From the NCBI GenBank assembly GCA_001003475.1, contig LCPF01000001.1:328549-392548 (forward strand): a stretch of 64,000 nt of DNA, given 5' to 3'. The translations under genes and the position numbers were made by a program. Shown piece by piece: positions 8,318 to 18,338 of the stretch (the first letter of the stretch is position 1; every line of letters starts with the position of its first letter). The notes below the pieces were generated by a model. It did no database searches, was not told the DNA's origin, and worked only from the letters and a program-made list of their open reading frames with translations. The stretch comes from Candidatus Jorgensenbacteria bacterium GW2011_GWA1_48_11. GTDB taxonomy: Bacteria; Patescibacteriota; Minisyncoccia; UBA6257; GWB1-50-10.

Positions 8318-9583
8318 ATGAAAATAAAAAACTTCGAGATTCTGGCCTCGAACGGCTTGCGGCGCAAGGCCTTGGCCGTCATTGAAGCCGGGCTGGAGGC
8401 GATCGATACGCCGACGGTGATCAAGAAAGACGTTTCGTTCGAAAAAGACGTTCTTCGGGTGAAAAACGAGTCTTTCCCGCTCAATTCCTTTGAGCGCGTT
8501 TTTTTTGTGGGGGTGGGCAAGTGCGCCTTGGAGGCCGGCGCCGCAGTCGAGGGGATTTTGGGCGAGCGGCTCTCGGACGGCATTATTTTGGACGTTCATA
8601 GGGGTGAGCTCAAAAAAATAAAAACCTTCGGCGGCACCCATCCTTTGCCGAGCATTGAGAACGAACGGGCGACGCGGGCGATTATCGGGCTTTTGGAAGG
8701 CGCGACCGGAAAAGATTTGGTTATTTTCGCGATTTCGGGCGGCGCCTCGACTCTGCTTTGCCAGCCGCAGGATTTGACCTGTGATGAGGAAGGGGAGATT
8801 TTCAGGATGCTTATGCGGCAGGGGGCGGCCATCGAGGAAATCAATACCGTGCGCAAACATTTGTCCCTGGCCCGCGGCGGCTATCTGGCCAAGCATGCTT
8901 ATCCGGCCAAGGTTCTCTCCTTGATTTTTTCCGACGTGCCGGGCGATGATTTGGAATTCGTCGCTTCCGGGCCGACCGTAAAGGACATAACCACGGTTGC
9001 AGACGCGAAAAAGGTTTTTGAAAAGTTCGGCTTGGAAAAGACGCACGGTCTCATCGAAACGCCCAAAGAAGACAAGTATTTCGAGAAAGTGAAAAATATT
9101 TTGCTTATTTCGAACAAAACAGCCTTGGAAGCGATGGCCGCAAAAGCGCGGACGTCGGGTTTCACGCCCGAAATCTGCACCGACTGCCTGCGCGGCGAAG
9201 CCAGGGAAGAAGGAGAAAAAATTATGGCCGCCCTCCATAAATCGAAACCAGGCGCGGCTCTTCTTTATGGTGGCGAGACCACGGTTACGGTGCGTGGGAA
9301 TGGGAAAGGCGGCCGCAATCAGGAACTCGCCCTTTCGGCCTTGCACTTCGTCAAGGACGGGGAGATTCTTGTTTCGATCGCTTCGGACGGCTGGGACAAC
9401 GGCGAAGCGGCCGGCGCCATTTGTGATAAAATAACGAAAGAAAAAGCCGGTAATTTGGACGTCGAGGATTATCTGGCGCGGAACGATTCCTACGCTTTTT
9501 TTGAAAAAACCGGCGCTCAAATTATGACCGGCGAAACCGGCTCCAATGTTTCGGATTTGATTATTGCAATAAAAACCCGATGA
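8318..9583 (+). CDS. Glycerate 2-kinase (DUF4147/MOFRL family)
   Basis: VGVGK, THPLP, ISGGAS, SDVPGDD..VASGPT, GGETTV, GGRNQE, TGSNVSD. Confidence 0.92.
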   Translation: MKIKNFEILASNGLRRKALAVIEAGLEAIDTPTVIKKDVSFEKDVLRVKNESFPLNSFERVFFVGVGKCALEAGAAVEGILGERLSDGIILDVHRGELKKIKTFGGTHPLPSIENERATRAIIGLLEGATGKDLVIFAISGGASTLLCQPQDLTCDEEGEIFRMLMRQGAAIEEINTVRKHLSLARGGYLAKHAYPAKVLSLIFSDVPGDDLEFVASGPTVKDITTVADAKKVFEKFGLEKTHGLIETPKEDKYFEKVKNILLISNKTALEAMAAKARTSGFTPEICTDCLRGEAREEGEKIMAALHKSKPGAALLYGGETTVTVRGNGKGGRNQELALSALHFVKDGEILVSIASDGWDNGEAAGAICDKITKEKAGNLDVEDYLARNDSYAFFEKTGAQIMTGETGSNVSDLIIAIKTR

Positions 9584-9604
9584 TTTGCATTTCAATATTA
9601 GGAG

Positions 9605-9763
9605 GCAACAGCCATTTTTTAAGAAAAGTGTGTCGGAGGCCGAGCGGGCATGGTGCCCGAAGGGCGAGCAAGGCCGAGGAACAAGCGGTGATTTTCTCGC
9701 TCCGAAGGAGTCCCTTTGGGACCGGGAAAATCAACCGCGTCTTTTCGTAAAGATGGCTGGTGC
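9605..9763. repeat. Multi-hairpin palindromic intergenic element
   Basis: gcaacagccat..aagaaaag / cttttc..atggctggtgc closing stem; inner stems gcggtgattttc/gaaaatcaaccgc and cgggca/tgcccg. Confidence 0.65.
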
Positions 9764-9774
9764 TGATTAAAACA

Positions 9775-12186
9775 ATGAAATCAAAAAGCCGACAATTTAT
9801 TCTCTGGTTCAAGGATATCCGCTTGAAGGACGTGGCGCTCGTGGGCGGCAAAAACGCGGCTTTGGGCGAAATGTACGGCGAGCTCGTGAAATTGGGGGTG
9901 AATATCCCGAACGGTTTTGCTCTGACCGCGGCGGCTTACCGCTTTTTCCTCAAGAAAACGGGACTGGACAAAGAAATCCGGGAAATTTTGAAGGGCTTGG
10001 ATACGAAGGATTTGAAAAATCTCCAGGCGCGGGGCCAGGCCGTGCGCCAGGCGGTTCTAAGAGCCGAGTTGCCTCGGGAGCTTACGAACGAAATAAAAAA
10101 GTCCTACAAAAAGCTCGAAAAGATTTACGGTGCCGAAACGGACGTGGCCGTGCGTTCCTCGGCTACGGCCGAAGATCTGCCCGGCGCTTCTTTTGCCGGC
10201 CAGCAGGAGACTTATCTGAACGTCCGCGGCCTGGACGAGCTTTTTTTGGCCGTCAAGAAATGCATTGCTTCGCTTTTCACCGACCGGGCCATTTCTTACC
10301 GCGCGGACAAGGGTTTTGGCCAGTTGGACGTCGCGCTTTCGGTCGGCATCCAGAAAATGGTGCGTTCGGATTTGGGCGCGAGCGGCGTCACTTTCACCAT
10401 TGACACCGAATCCGGTTTTGACCAGGTCATTGTCATTGATTCGATTTACGGTTTGGGCGAATACATTGTCCAAGGCAAGGTCGTGCCCGATGAGTTCGTG
10501 GTCTGGAAGCCGGGTTTGGAAAAGGGTTTGAAGTCGATTATTGCGACCGATCTGGGGAAGAAAAACGTGAAGCTCGTTTACGGCCGGATCGGCACCAAGA
10601 TGGCGAAGGTGAGCGAAGCAAGCCAAAACAAATTTTCCCTGAAAGAAAGCGAGGTCCTCATTTTGGCCAAGTGGTCGCTCCAAATCGAAAAGCATTTTTC
10701 AAAACTTCACCGCAAATACACGCCCATGGATATCGAGTGGGCCAAGGACGGGAAAACCAAGGAACTTTTCATTGTCCAAGCCCGGCCCGAAACCGTGCAC
10801 GCCCTCGAGAGCAAAAATATTTACAAAGAGTACCGCTTGAGCGGCAAGGGCCGCGAGCTTTTATCCGGCATTGCCGTGGGCAATCGGATCGGTTCGGGCA
10901 AAGTGCGGGTCATCCTGGATGCGAAGCACATCGGCCAATTCAAAAAAGGCGAAGTGCTGGTGACGAAGATAACCGATCCCGATTGGGAACCGATAATGAA
11001 AATCGCCTCGGCGATCGTGACCGACGAGGGCGGCCGCACGTCGCATGCCGCGATCGTCTCGCGCGAGCTTGGTATTCCCTGCATCGTGGGTGCGGGGAAG
11101 GCCACCCGGGTTTTGAAAACGGGGGGGCCGGTCACCGTTGACTGTTCGGCAGGCGAGCGGGGCCGGGTTTTCTCCGGCCTAGTGCCTTTCCATGAGGTTA
11201 TCCACCGTTTGGACAAATTACCGAGGCCTAGAGCGAAAATAATGGTGAATATTGCCGCGCCGGATGAGGCTTTCAAGAACCACCATCTGCCGGTAGAGGG
11301 CGTGGGCTTGGGCCGGCTTGAGTTTATCATTGCTTCGCACATCCTGATCCATCCGAACGCCCTTTTGAATTTCAAGAAGCTTAAAAAAGGAAAGACAAAG
11401 GACGCGATCGAGAAACTGACTGCCGGTTATGCGGACAAAACCAAATATTACGTCGATGAGCTCGCCGAAGGCATCGCGAAAATCGCCGCCGCCTTTTGGC
11501 CTCACCCGGTCATCATCCGCTTTTCCGATTTCAAGACCAATGAGTATGCCACTCTTCTGGGCGGCGAAGCTTACGAGCCCAAGGAAGAAAATCCCATGCT
11601 CGGGTTTCGCGGCGCCTCGCGCTATTACGACCCGAAATTCGAAAAAGCTTTCGGCCTCGAAGTGAAGGCCATGAAAAAAGTGCGGGAGGCGATGGGGCTT
11701 ACGAACGTCATTCCGATGATCCCTTTCTGCCGCACGCCCGAAGAAGGCGAGAAGGTCATTAAGGTAATGGCCAAATATGGCTTAAAACGTAATCAGCATA
11801 AATCCGCCAAAAATCCGCATGCATCAGCGTTAAAGGTTTACGTCATGGCTGAGATTCCCTCGAATATATTGCTTGCCGACGAGTTTTTGAATATCTTTGA
11901 CGGCATGTCCATTGGTTCGAATGATCTGACCCAATTGGTTTTGGGTTTGGATCGGGACTCTGGCATCGTGACGCACATTGCGAACGAGAATAACCCGGCT
12001 GTTCGAAAAATGATTGCCGAGATTATTGCGAAATGTAAGAAGCGGAAAAAATACATCGGCATTTGCGGTCAAGCGCCGTCGGATTATCCCGATTTCGCCG
12101 CTTTTCTGGTCAAGCAAGGCATCGAAAGCATTTCCCTGAATCCCGACACGGTCATCAAGAATATCCTCGCTTTGGGCAAGCGCTAG
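9775..12186 (+). CDS. ppsA: Phosphoenolpyruvate synthase (pyruvate, water dikinase)
   Basis: VGGKNA, AVRSSATAEDLP.ASFAGQQET, GGRTSHAAIVSRE, ENPMLGFRG, SIGSNDLTQ, GICGQAPS. Confidence 0.97.
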   Translation: MKSKSRQFILWFKDIRLKDVALVGGKNAALGEMYGELVKLGVNIPNGFALTAAAYRFFLKKTGLDKEIREILKGLDTKDLKNLQARGQAVRQAVLRAELPRELTNEIKKSYKKLEKIYGAETDVAVRSSATAEDLPGASFAGQQETYLNVRGLDELFLAVKKCIASLFTDRAISYRADKGFGQLDVALSVGIQKMVRSDLGASGVTFTIDTESGFDQVIVIDSIYGLGEYIVQGKVVPDEFVVWKPGLEKGLKSIIATDLGKKNVKLVYGRIGTKMAKVSEASQNKFSLKESEVLILAKWSLQIEKHFSKLHRKYTPMDIEWAKDGKTKELFIVQARPETVHALESKNIYKEYRLSGKGRELLSGIAVGNRIGSGKVRVILDAKHIGQFKKGEVLVTKITDPDWEPIMKIASAIVTDEGGRTSHAAIVSRELGIPCIVGAGKATRVLKTGGPVTVDCSAGERGRVFSGLVPFHEVIHRLDKLPRPRAKIMVNIAAPDEAFKNHHLPVEGVGLGRLEFIIASHILIHPNALLNFKKLKKGKTKDAIEKLTAGYADKTKYYVDELAEGIAKIAAAFWPHPVIIRFSDFKTNEYATLLGGEAYEPKEENPMLGFRGASRYYDPKFEKAFGLEVKAMKKVREAMGLTNVIPMIPFCRTPEEGEKVIKVMAKYGLKRNQHKSAKNPHASALKVYVMAEIPSNILLADEFLNIFDGMSIGSNDLTQLVLGLDRDSGIVTHIANENNPAVRKMIAEIIAKCKKRKKYIGICGQAPSDYPDFAAFLVKQGIESISLNPDTVIKNILALGKR

Positions 12187-12214
12187 TCCTGAGCCACGTC
12201 GAAGGAAAACAATA

Positions 12215-12646
12215 ATGCAGAAAACCCTCGAGAAATTCCGCCATCCCAAATCCCTGGTCAAAGAATACGGGCATTGGCTCTTGCTTTGCCGCTACAAACA
12301 GGCGACTCTAGGCTCCTTGATTCTTATTTGCAAGGATAAGGTCTATGCTTTTTCCGAAATTTCCGCCGAAAGCTTCGCCGAATTTCCGAAGATCGTGAAA
12401 GAGATAGAGAAGAATCTCAAAGAGCTCTTCCAAAACGACAAAATAAATTATCTGATGTTCATGATGGCCGACCCCGAAGTGCATTTTCACATCCTGCCGC
12501 GGTATGCGAGCGATCGGAAATTCGAAAACAAGGTCTTTAAGGATGTCGGGTGGCCGAATCCGCCGGACACGAAGGCCGTGAACGAGATAAGCGAGGAGAT
12601 TTTCGAAAAATTAGTGGCGAAATTGAAGGAAAAATTCGCAAATTGA
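12215..12646 (+). CDS. HIT family protein
   Basis: KINY...EVHFHILPRY (variant HIT motif). Confidence 0.8.
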   Translation: MQKTLEKFRHPKSLVKEYGHWLLLCRYKQATLGSLILICKDKVYAFSEISAESFAEFPKIVKEIEKNLKELFQNDKINYLMFMMADPEVHFHILPRYASDRKFENKVFKDVGWPNPPDTKAVNEISEEIFEKLVAKLKEKFAN

Positions 12647-12801
12647 GTTTTTTGAGGCGAAAAATACGATTTGCGTTGAAGCGCCTGCACCGAGCCGCGT
12701 CGAGGTGTTGATAAAAACGCTTTCAATATTCCCCGGCAGACTTAAAATTAAATCAGCAACTTCCGCAGTCGTGGTCCAACTTCTTCGAGAGGGACGGCGA
12801 A

Positions 12802-13122
12802 TTGAACGGCAAGTCGAGGTTCTTTCGTCTTCACGCCAAACGGCGTCTCTCCAGGCGTTACGGCCTGAACCCCAGCAATGACGATGCCCGCGAATTGCGG
12901 CGTCTCATTACGTCCGGAAAGGCGGACGTGCTGCATGTGAAGAAGAACGGGGTGAACCGAATGACGGTCAGATTCAAAGGGAGGATCCTCTATCTTCTCT
13001 TCGATCCGCTGAAGCAGCAGATATTGACCTTCCTCACGCCGCCGGGTTCGCGGCAGCGCTGCCGGAAGGACAGAAGGACCATGACGTTCGTGAATCAGGG
13101 ACGGCGAGCGATTCGCCGCTAA
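12802..13122 (+). CDS. Small basic protein, possible RelE/DUF4258-like fold
   Basis: HAKRRLSRRYG start, beta-rich end ILYLLFD..QILTFL; TTG start after GAGAGGG. Confidence 0.5.
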   Translation: MNGKSRFFRLHAKRRLSRRYGLNPSNDDARELRRLITSGKADVLHVKKNGVNRMTVRFKGRILYLLFDPLKQQILTFLTPPGSRQRCRKDRRTMTFVNQGRRAIRR

Positions 13123-13290
13123 GCCGCCGAGAGCCGCCAAGGCATCGGCGGCTCTCTCTTTGTTCTTGGTAACACCGAGGGGCTTGTCCTGAATGGCATT
13201 GAAGGATTGTTTCTGTCATAAGTTTCTGATACGCTTTTATCCAGCAGTTCACATTCGGGAAGGACCAAACCAAAAACAAGGGGGACGAAG

Positions 13291-14214
13291 ATGGCTCTGT
13301 CGGCTAGTATTGCCAAGGAGAGTAGGGGCTATCTTCTCATCCCTACGAAGCGCATCCGCCGCTATCCGGGCCAGCCGAGGCTCTACATCGAGCCGCTCGC
13401 TCTCATGGGTCTTGAGGCGAGCATCAGACACATCGGTCAGCGACGGGCGATAACCGTAAAAGCGGTTACCGGTGATCCGGACCACGACTACGAGCTGATC
13501 GACGGCGAACGGCGCTGGCTTTGCTGCAAGCGCATCGGCACCGCGAAGATGAAGGCGGTCGTCGAGGAGCCGGAGAACGACGACGAGCAGTTCATCAGCT
13601 CGGTCATTCTGAACATTCCTTCGCAGGAGCACACGCCGCTCGAGATCGCCCACGCGATCGAGCGGATCCGGAAGAGCGAGAAGTTGAAGAGGATGCCGCG
13701 GACCGAGCAGATGAAGTACATCGGCGCGATGTTCGGCCACGACGAGATCTGGGCTTACCGGTATCTTCGTCTGCTCGAGCTCGATCATCGGGTGCACGTT
13801 CTGATGGACGGCAAGCGGTCCGAGGACGAGCGGTTGAATGTTTCGATCGCGTATTTCCTGCTGGGCTACTCGCCTGAGATCCAGGTGAAGAGTGCCTTGC
13901 GGGCGGTGACGATGGGCTGGAGCCTGCGGCAAGTCGAGGTCTACGCCGCGGGCCTTGCCGCCGAATCCGGGGAGATCAGGTCTGGCGTCCGGCCGAAAAG
14001 GCCCTCCGACAACTACCGGAATCTCCTGAGTTTCTTGAGGAGGCTCCACGAGGGGGCCGAGCTCGTTTTGAGCATGCCGAACCGGTCGTTCGAAGAGATG
14101 TTCCTGGCGCGCGACCCCAAGGATCGGGAGAAGACGATCGGGGAAGTGAGGGCCTGCCGGGCCGATCTCGCGGAGATCGAGCAGGTTCTCGAGCGCCTGA
14201 AGCAGAATGCGTGA
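13291..14214 (+). CDS. ParB/Srx N-terminal domain protein (no parA)
   Basis: PGQPR, L.ASI..GQ..AI.V, YELIDGERRW, helical HTH-like region; GC-rich. Confidence 0.82.
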   Translation: MALSASIAKESRGYLLIPTKRIRRYPGQPRLYIEPLALMGLEASIRHIGQRRAITVKAVTGDPDHDYELIDGERRWLCCKRIGTAKMKAVVEEPENDDEQFISSVILNIPSQEHTPLEIAHAIERIRKSEKLKRMPRTEQMKYIGAMFGHDEIWAYRYLRLLELDHRVHVLMDGKRSEDERLNVSIAYFLLGYSPEIQVKSALRAVTMGWSLRQVEVYAAGLAAESGEIRSGVRPKRPSDNYRNLLSFLRRLHEGAELVLSMPNRSFEEMFLARDPKDREKTIGEVRACRADLAEIEQVLERLKQNA

Positions 14215-14226
14215 GTAAAGCGATTA

Positions 14227-14280
14227 GCCCTGTTACGGAAAGGCCTAGTAGTCCTTTCCGGGACAGGGCCTTTTCTTTTT
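14227..14280 (+). terminator. Long hairpin terminator after ParB-like gene
   Basis: gccctgt..cggaaagg / cctttccg..acagggc followed by T-tract. Confidence 0.7.
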
Positions 14281-14323
14281 ATCTTGAACGGCATCGAAGG
14301 ATTTATACGGTGAAAATTCGGGG

Positions 14324-14347
14324 GGTGGTATACTGTAGTATACCACC
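14324..14347. promoter_or_regulatory. Operator-like palindrome upstream of dinB
   Basis: GGTGGTATACT-gt-AGTATACCACC perfect 11-bp arms. Confidence 0.5.
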
Positions 14348-14426
14348 TGGATTTTTTGATTTTAACTCTGTTTTTGGGGCGGAGTTTTCGGGAAAGGCGT
14401 TCTTTTGACTAAGCGCGGGATGTGGC

Positions 14427-15512
14427 ATGATAACGCCGATGCGCATAATCGGGCATTTGGACATGGATGCTTTCTTTGCCGCTGTCGAGGAGCGGGATAA
14501 TGACCGGTTCCGGGGGAAGCCGATCGTGGTCGGCGCCGATCCCGCGGGGGGCCGGGGCCGGGGCGTGGTTTCGACCGCCAATTACAAAGCGCGCGAATAC
14601 GGCATCCATTCGGCGATGGCTATTTCCGAAGCTTGGCGCCGGGCCGAGGAAGGCAAGCGCAAGGGCGGGCCGGCCGTTATATTTCTCGGCGGCAATTTCA
14701 AAAAATACGGCGCGGTCTCGGCCGAAATAATGGTCATTATCCGCGGGTACGCGCTCCTTGTCGAGGAAGCGAGCATTGACGAGGCTTATTTTGATCTGAG
14801 TTCCTGCGGCAGTTATGAAAAAGCCAGGGAGTTGGCTCTAAAGATCAAAGCCGAGGTTAAGGAAAAGGAAAGGCTCACGGCTACGATCGGCATTGGGCCG
14901 AACAAGTTGATCGCGAAGATCGCAAGCGATATGCAGAAGCCGGACGGCCTTACGGTCGTGAAAGATGATGAGGCCGAAAAATTTCTGGAGCCGCTCGCCA
15001 TTCGGAAAATTCCGGGCATCGGCCCCAAGACCCAAGAGTTTTTCAGGGCGAAGGGCGTGAAAATCGTCCGTGACCTTAAGAAATTCTCCAAAGCCGACCT
15101 TGAAAAATTTATGGGCAAGTGGGGGCTGGAACTTTACGAAAAGATCCGCGGCAAAGATGATTCGCCGATCGTTGAAGATTATGAAGTAAAGTCCATTGGC
15201 GAGCAGGAGACTTTTATGGCCGACACCCGCGACCTGAATTTCATTTCCGAGCGGCTTAGCGGGCTTTGCGAAAGCGTCATTGCCCGCTTCAAAGCAAGCG
15301 GTTTCAAGACCTATAAAACTATCATTTTGAGCGTTCGTTTTGCCGATTTCGAGACCAAGTCTCGCGCTCATACCTTGGAAAAGCCGGCCTGCGACCTTGC
15401 TACGCTCCGCTTCGAGGCCATGCGTCTTTTAGTGCCGTTTTTGGACAAAAGGGAAAACCCGCGCGGCAAGTTGATAAGGCTTATTGGCGTTAGGGTGGAG
15501 AAGCTGGTTTGA
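14427..15512 (+). CDS. dinB: DNA polymerase IV
   Basis: HLDMDAFFAAVE, VVSTANY.AR.YG, ASIDEAY, AKIASD..KPDG, IPGIG, IRLIGV. Confidence 0.96.
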   Translation: MITPMRIIGHLDMDAFFAAVEERDNDRFRGKPIVVGADPAGGRGRGVVSTANYKAREYGIHSAMAISEAWRRAEEGKRKGGPAVIFLGGNFKKYGAVSAEIMVIIRGYALLVEEASIDEAYFDLSSCGSYEKARELALKIKAEVKEKERLTATIGIGPNKLIAKIASDMQKPDGLTVVKDDEAEKFLEPLAIRKIPGIGPKTQEFFRAKGVKIVRDLKKFSKADLEKFMGKWGLELYEKIRGKDDSPIVEDYEVKSIGEQETFMADTRDLNFISERLSGLCESVIARFKASGFKTYKTIILSVRFADFETKSRAHTLEKPACDLATLRFEAMRLLVPFLDKRENPRGKLIRLIGVRVEKLV

Positions 15513-15621
15513 ATAAAAAATCTCCTAAAAAAGGAGATTTCTTTTGTTTTTCAATTTTACCCAGCTTAGATTCTAAATTCTGAATTCTATATTCTAGACT
15601 TTGGGTGGTATAATTTAGGTA

Positions 15622-18309
15622 ATGAAAATTGAGGATTTTAGAAGCAAAATAGCTGATCTTATTCAAAAATATGAACGCGCTAAACAGTCAGGTTTAGTGA
15701 AGAAATATAGCGAAGAAGAGACAAAAAAGGATTTTATTTTGCCCCTTTTTGAGGCATTGGGTTGGGACGTTCGCGAAAAAAGAGAAGTTTCTGCTGAGGA
15801 AAAAATATCAGGAGATCGTGTTGATTATGGTTTTTATATCGACGGCCATATTAAATTCTATCTAGAAGCAAAACCATTAAGAGCAGATATACATAAGGAA
15901 GAATACGCTAAGCAAGCCATAAAATATTCTTGGAATAAGGGCGTTACTTGGGCAGTTCTTACCGACTTTGAAAGTCTTATCGTATTTAATACGCAAGACG
16001 TAAAGGCTTCTCTAGCGAGTAAGTTACTTTTTGAGATTCCATACAGTGAATATCTAGAACGATTCGACCAATTATCGCTTTTGTCTCGAGAATCTTTTAA
16101 AGAGAATTCTATCGATGATTGGGCTGAAAAAAATGGTAAAAAGTTTCAAAAAGTCCCGATTACTGCACTTCTGTATAACGATCTAAACGAATGCCGTGAA
16201 ATGCTTACAAAATCACTTGTTGCTTGGAATCCAAATCTCAAAAAAGATAGAAAACTTTTAGACGAAGGCGTCCAGAAATTATTAGATCGCCTTATTTTCT
16301 TGAGGGTAGCAGAAGATCGTGGCATTGAGCCACCTACACTTATTCCACTTTTACGTGAATGGCATTCCCGTAAGGATAAAAATGAAGTTCCATTATACGC
16401 TCATATGGTTAAAAAGTTTAGGGATTTGGACAAAACTTATAACTCTAATTTATTTTCTGAGCATCCATTTGAAAAATGGGAAGAATATGGAGATGCCACA
16501 GAAGAAGTCATTAAAATTTTATATGGTAAACCCGGTTATTATGAATATGATTTTAAAGTTATGCCTGCCGATATTTTGGGTACGGTCTATGAAAATTACC
16601 TCGGCTATAAGCTTTCTCAATCGAAAAAAGGAATTGATGTTCATAAAGATGCGAAGAAGCGCAAAGAACAAGGTATTTATTACACGCCTCATTTTATTGT
16701 TGAGTATATTGTTAAGAATGCACTTGGTCCTGTTTTAGATAGATGTGAAACAATTGAGGATCTAAAAAAAGTTAAGGTTCTGGATCCTGCTTGTGGTTCT
16801 GGTTCTTTTCTTGTTCAGGCACTTGAACTTATTAATGAAAAATATAAGCGGATGGGCGCGCCCGGCAACATTTTTACAAAAACCCAAATTCTTCTCCTAA
16901 ATATTTTTGGCGTTGATTTGGATGAACAAGCGGTTGAAATTGCTCGTCTTAATCTTTTAGTAAGCGCTTTAGATGGTAAAAATCCTTTACCCAAACTTGA
17001 TCAGAATATTAAATGTGGTAATTCTCTTATTTATGGTACTGATGCCGAATTAAAAAAGTATTTTGGTACGACCTTTAAGGATCAAAAACCCTTCAATTGG
17101 GAAGAAGAATTTCCCGATGTATTTGAGAAGGGTGGTTTTACCGTAGTAATTGGGAATCCGCCGTGGGGAGCGAGCATAGATAAGTTTAATAAGAGCTTTT
17201 ATAAAGATTTCTTTGTTTCTGGTAAGGGAATAATAGATACATTCGCATTATTTATAGAGAGATCACTTGGTCTTTTGAAAGAAGAGGGATATTTGGGTTT
17301 TATTCTCCCCGATATCGTTTTGTTGAAAAATTATCCTCAGATAAGAAAATTTATTTTGGATAATTGTCTTATTAAAAATCTTTATTATACAGGTATGGCG
17401 TTCCATGGTGTCAATTTAGATTCTGTGATTGCAATTTTAAAGAAGGAAAAATCAGAGGGAAAAAGGAATGAAAATTATATAGAAATTATTATGGACAGTA
17501 GGGAGAAAAGAATTAAACAACAACTATTTTTAAATAATTCTGATTATAAATTTAATTTATATTTCGATGACTACATCATTAAACTGAAAAATAAAGTAGA
17601 TAGTCAATCAATTAAGTTGGGGGGTTTGTTAGAAATTCATGAAGGAATACACTCTGGAAATATTAGGGATAAATTATTTTTGGATTCGCGATTGTCTAAT
17701 AAGTGCCAAAAACTTTTATTTAAAGGTGTTGAGGTAGAACGATATTTTGAAAAATGGGGAGGAAAATTCGTGAATTATGATAAAAGCATTATCAATAAAA
17801 CGGCAGGTAATTATGCAAACCTAGGTAAAGAAGAATATTTTTTAAGCAAAAAGATATTAGTTAGAAGAACCGGTGATAGGATTATTGCTACGATTGATAA
17901 CGATAAGTATTTCGTGAGTAATAATTTTTTTGTTTTGTATTATAAGAAATCTTTAAAAGAAGAAATTGATTTAAAATGTATTCTAGCGATTCTAAATTCC
18001 AAACTAGGAACATGGTATTTTACTGCAATTCAACCTCGTAAAGGGAAGTTATTTGCTGAAATTAAAATTAATCATTTAGCAGAGATCCCTATTTCTAAAA
18101 AGCGAGAATTCGATAAGATTTTTGTACTAGTTGATCAAATGTCTGAATCGCAGAAGAAATTTCATATCACTAAAGAGAATTCAAACGACTGGGAACGATT
18201 AGAATCCGAAATTGAAAAAACCGACAAGAAAATAGACGAAGAGATATATAAGCTTTACCGCCTTACGCCGGAGGAGATTAAAATAGTAGAAACAACAATA
18301 AAGGATTAA
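15622..18309 (+). CDS. Type IIG restriction-modification enzyme (REase, N6-adenine MTase, TRD)
   Basis: N-terminal EEETK..VDY..LEAK nuclease; GIYYTP, LDPACGSGSF, IGNPPW; TaqI-C-like C-terminus (AILNS, ID..IY.LY.LT.EEI); AT-rich. Confidence 0.9.
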   Translation: MKIEDFRSKIADLIQKYERAKQSGLVKKYSEEETKKDFILPLFEALGWDVREKREVSAEEKISGDRVDYGFYIDGHIKFYLEAKPLRADIHKEEYAKQAIKYSWNKGVTWAVLTDFESLIVFNTQDVKASLASKLLFEIPYSEYLERFDQLSLLSRESFKENSIDDWAEKNGKKFQKVPITALLYNDLNECREMLTKSLVAWNPNLKKDRKLLDEGVQKLLDRLIFLRVAEDRGIEPPTLIPLLREWHSRKDKNEVPLYAHMVKKFRDLDKTYNSNLFSEHPFEKWEEYGDATEEVIKILYGKPGYYEYDFKVMPADILGTVYENYLGYKLSQSKKGIDVHKDAKKRKEQGIYYTPHFIVEYIVKNALGPVLDRCETIEDLKKVKVLDPACGSGSFLVQALELINEKYKRMGAPGNIFTKTQILLLNIFGVDLDEQAVEIARLNLLVSALDGKNPLPKLDQNIKCGNSLIYGTDAELKKYFGTTFKDQKPFNWEEEFPDVFEKGGFTVVIGNPPWGASIDKFNKSFYKDFFVSGKGIIDTFALFIERSLGLLKEEGYLGFILPDIVLLKNYPQIRKFILDNCLIKNLYYTGMAFHGVNLDSVIAILKKEKSEGKRNENYIEIIMDSREKRIKQQLFLNNSDYKFNLYFDDYIIKLKNKVDSQSIKLGGLLEIHEGIHSGNIRDKLFLDSRLSNKCQKLLFKGVEVERYFEKWGGKFVNYDKSIINKTAGNYANLGKEEYFLSKKILVRRTGDRIIATIDNDKYFVSNNFFVLYYKKSLKEEIDLKCILAILNSKLGTWYFTAIQPRKGKLFAEIKINHLAEIPISKKREFDKIFVLVDQMSESQKKFHITKENSNDWERLESEIEKTDKKIDEEIYKLYRLTPEEIKIVETTIKD

Positions 18310-18338
18310 AATTACGTTTAAGGCTATTAGAAAATAGT

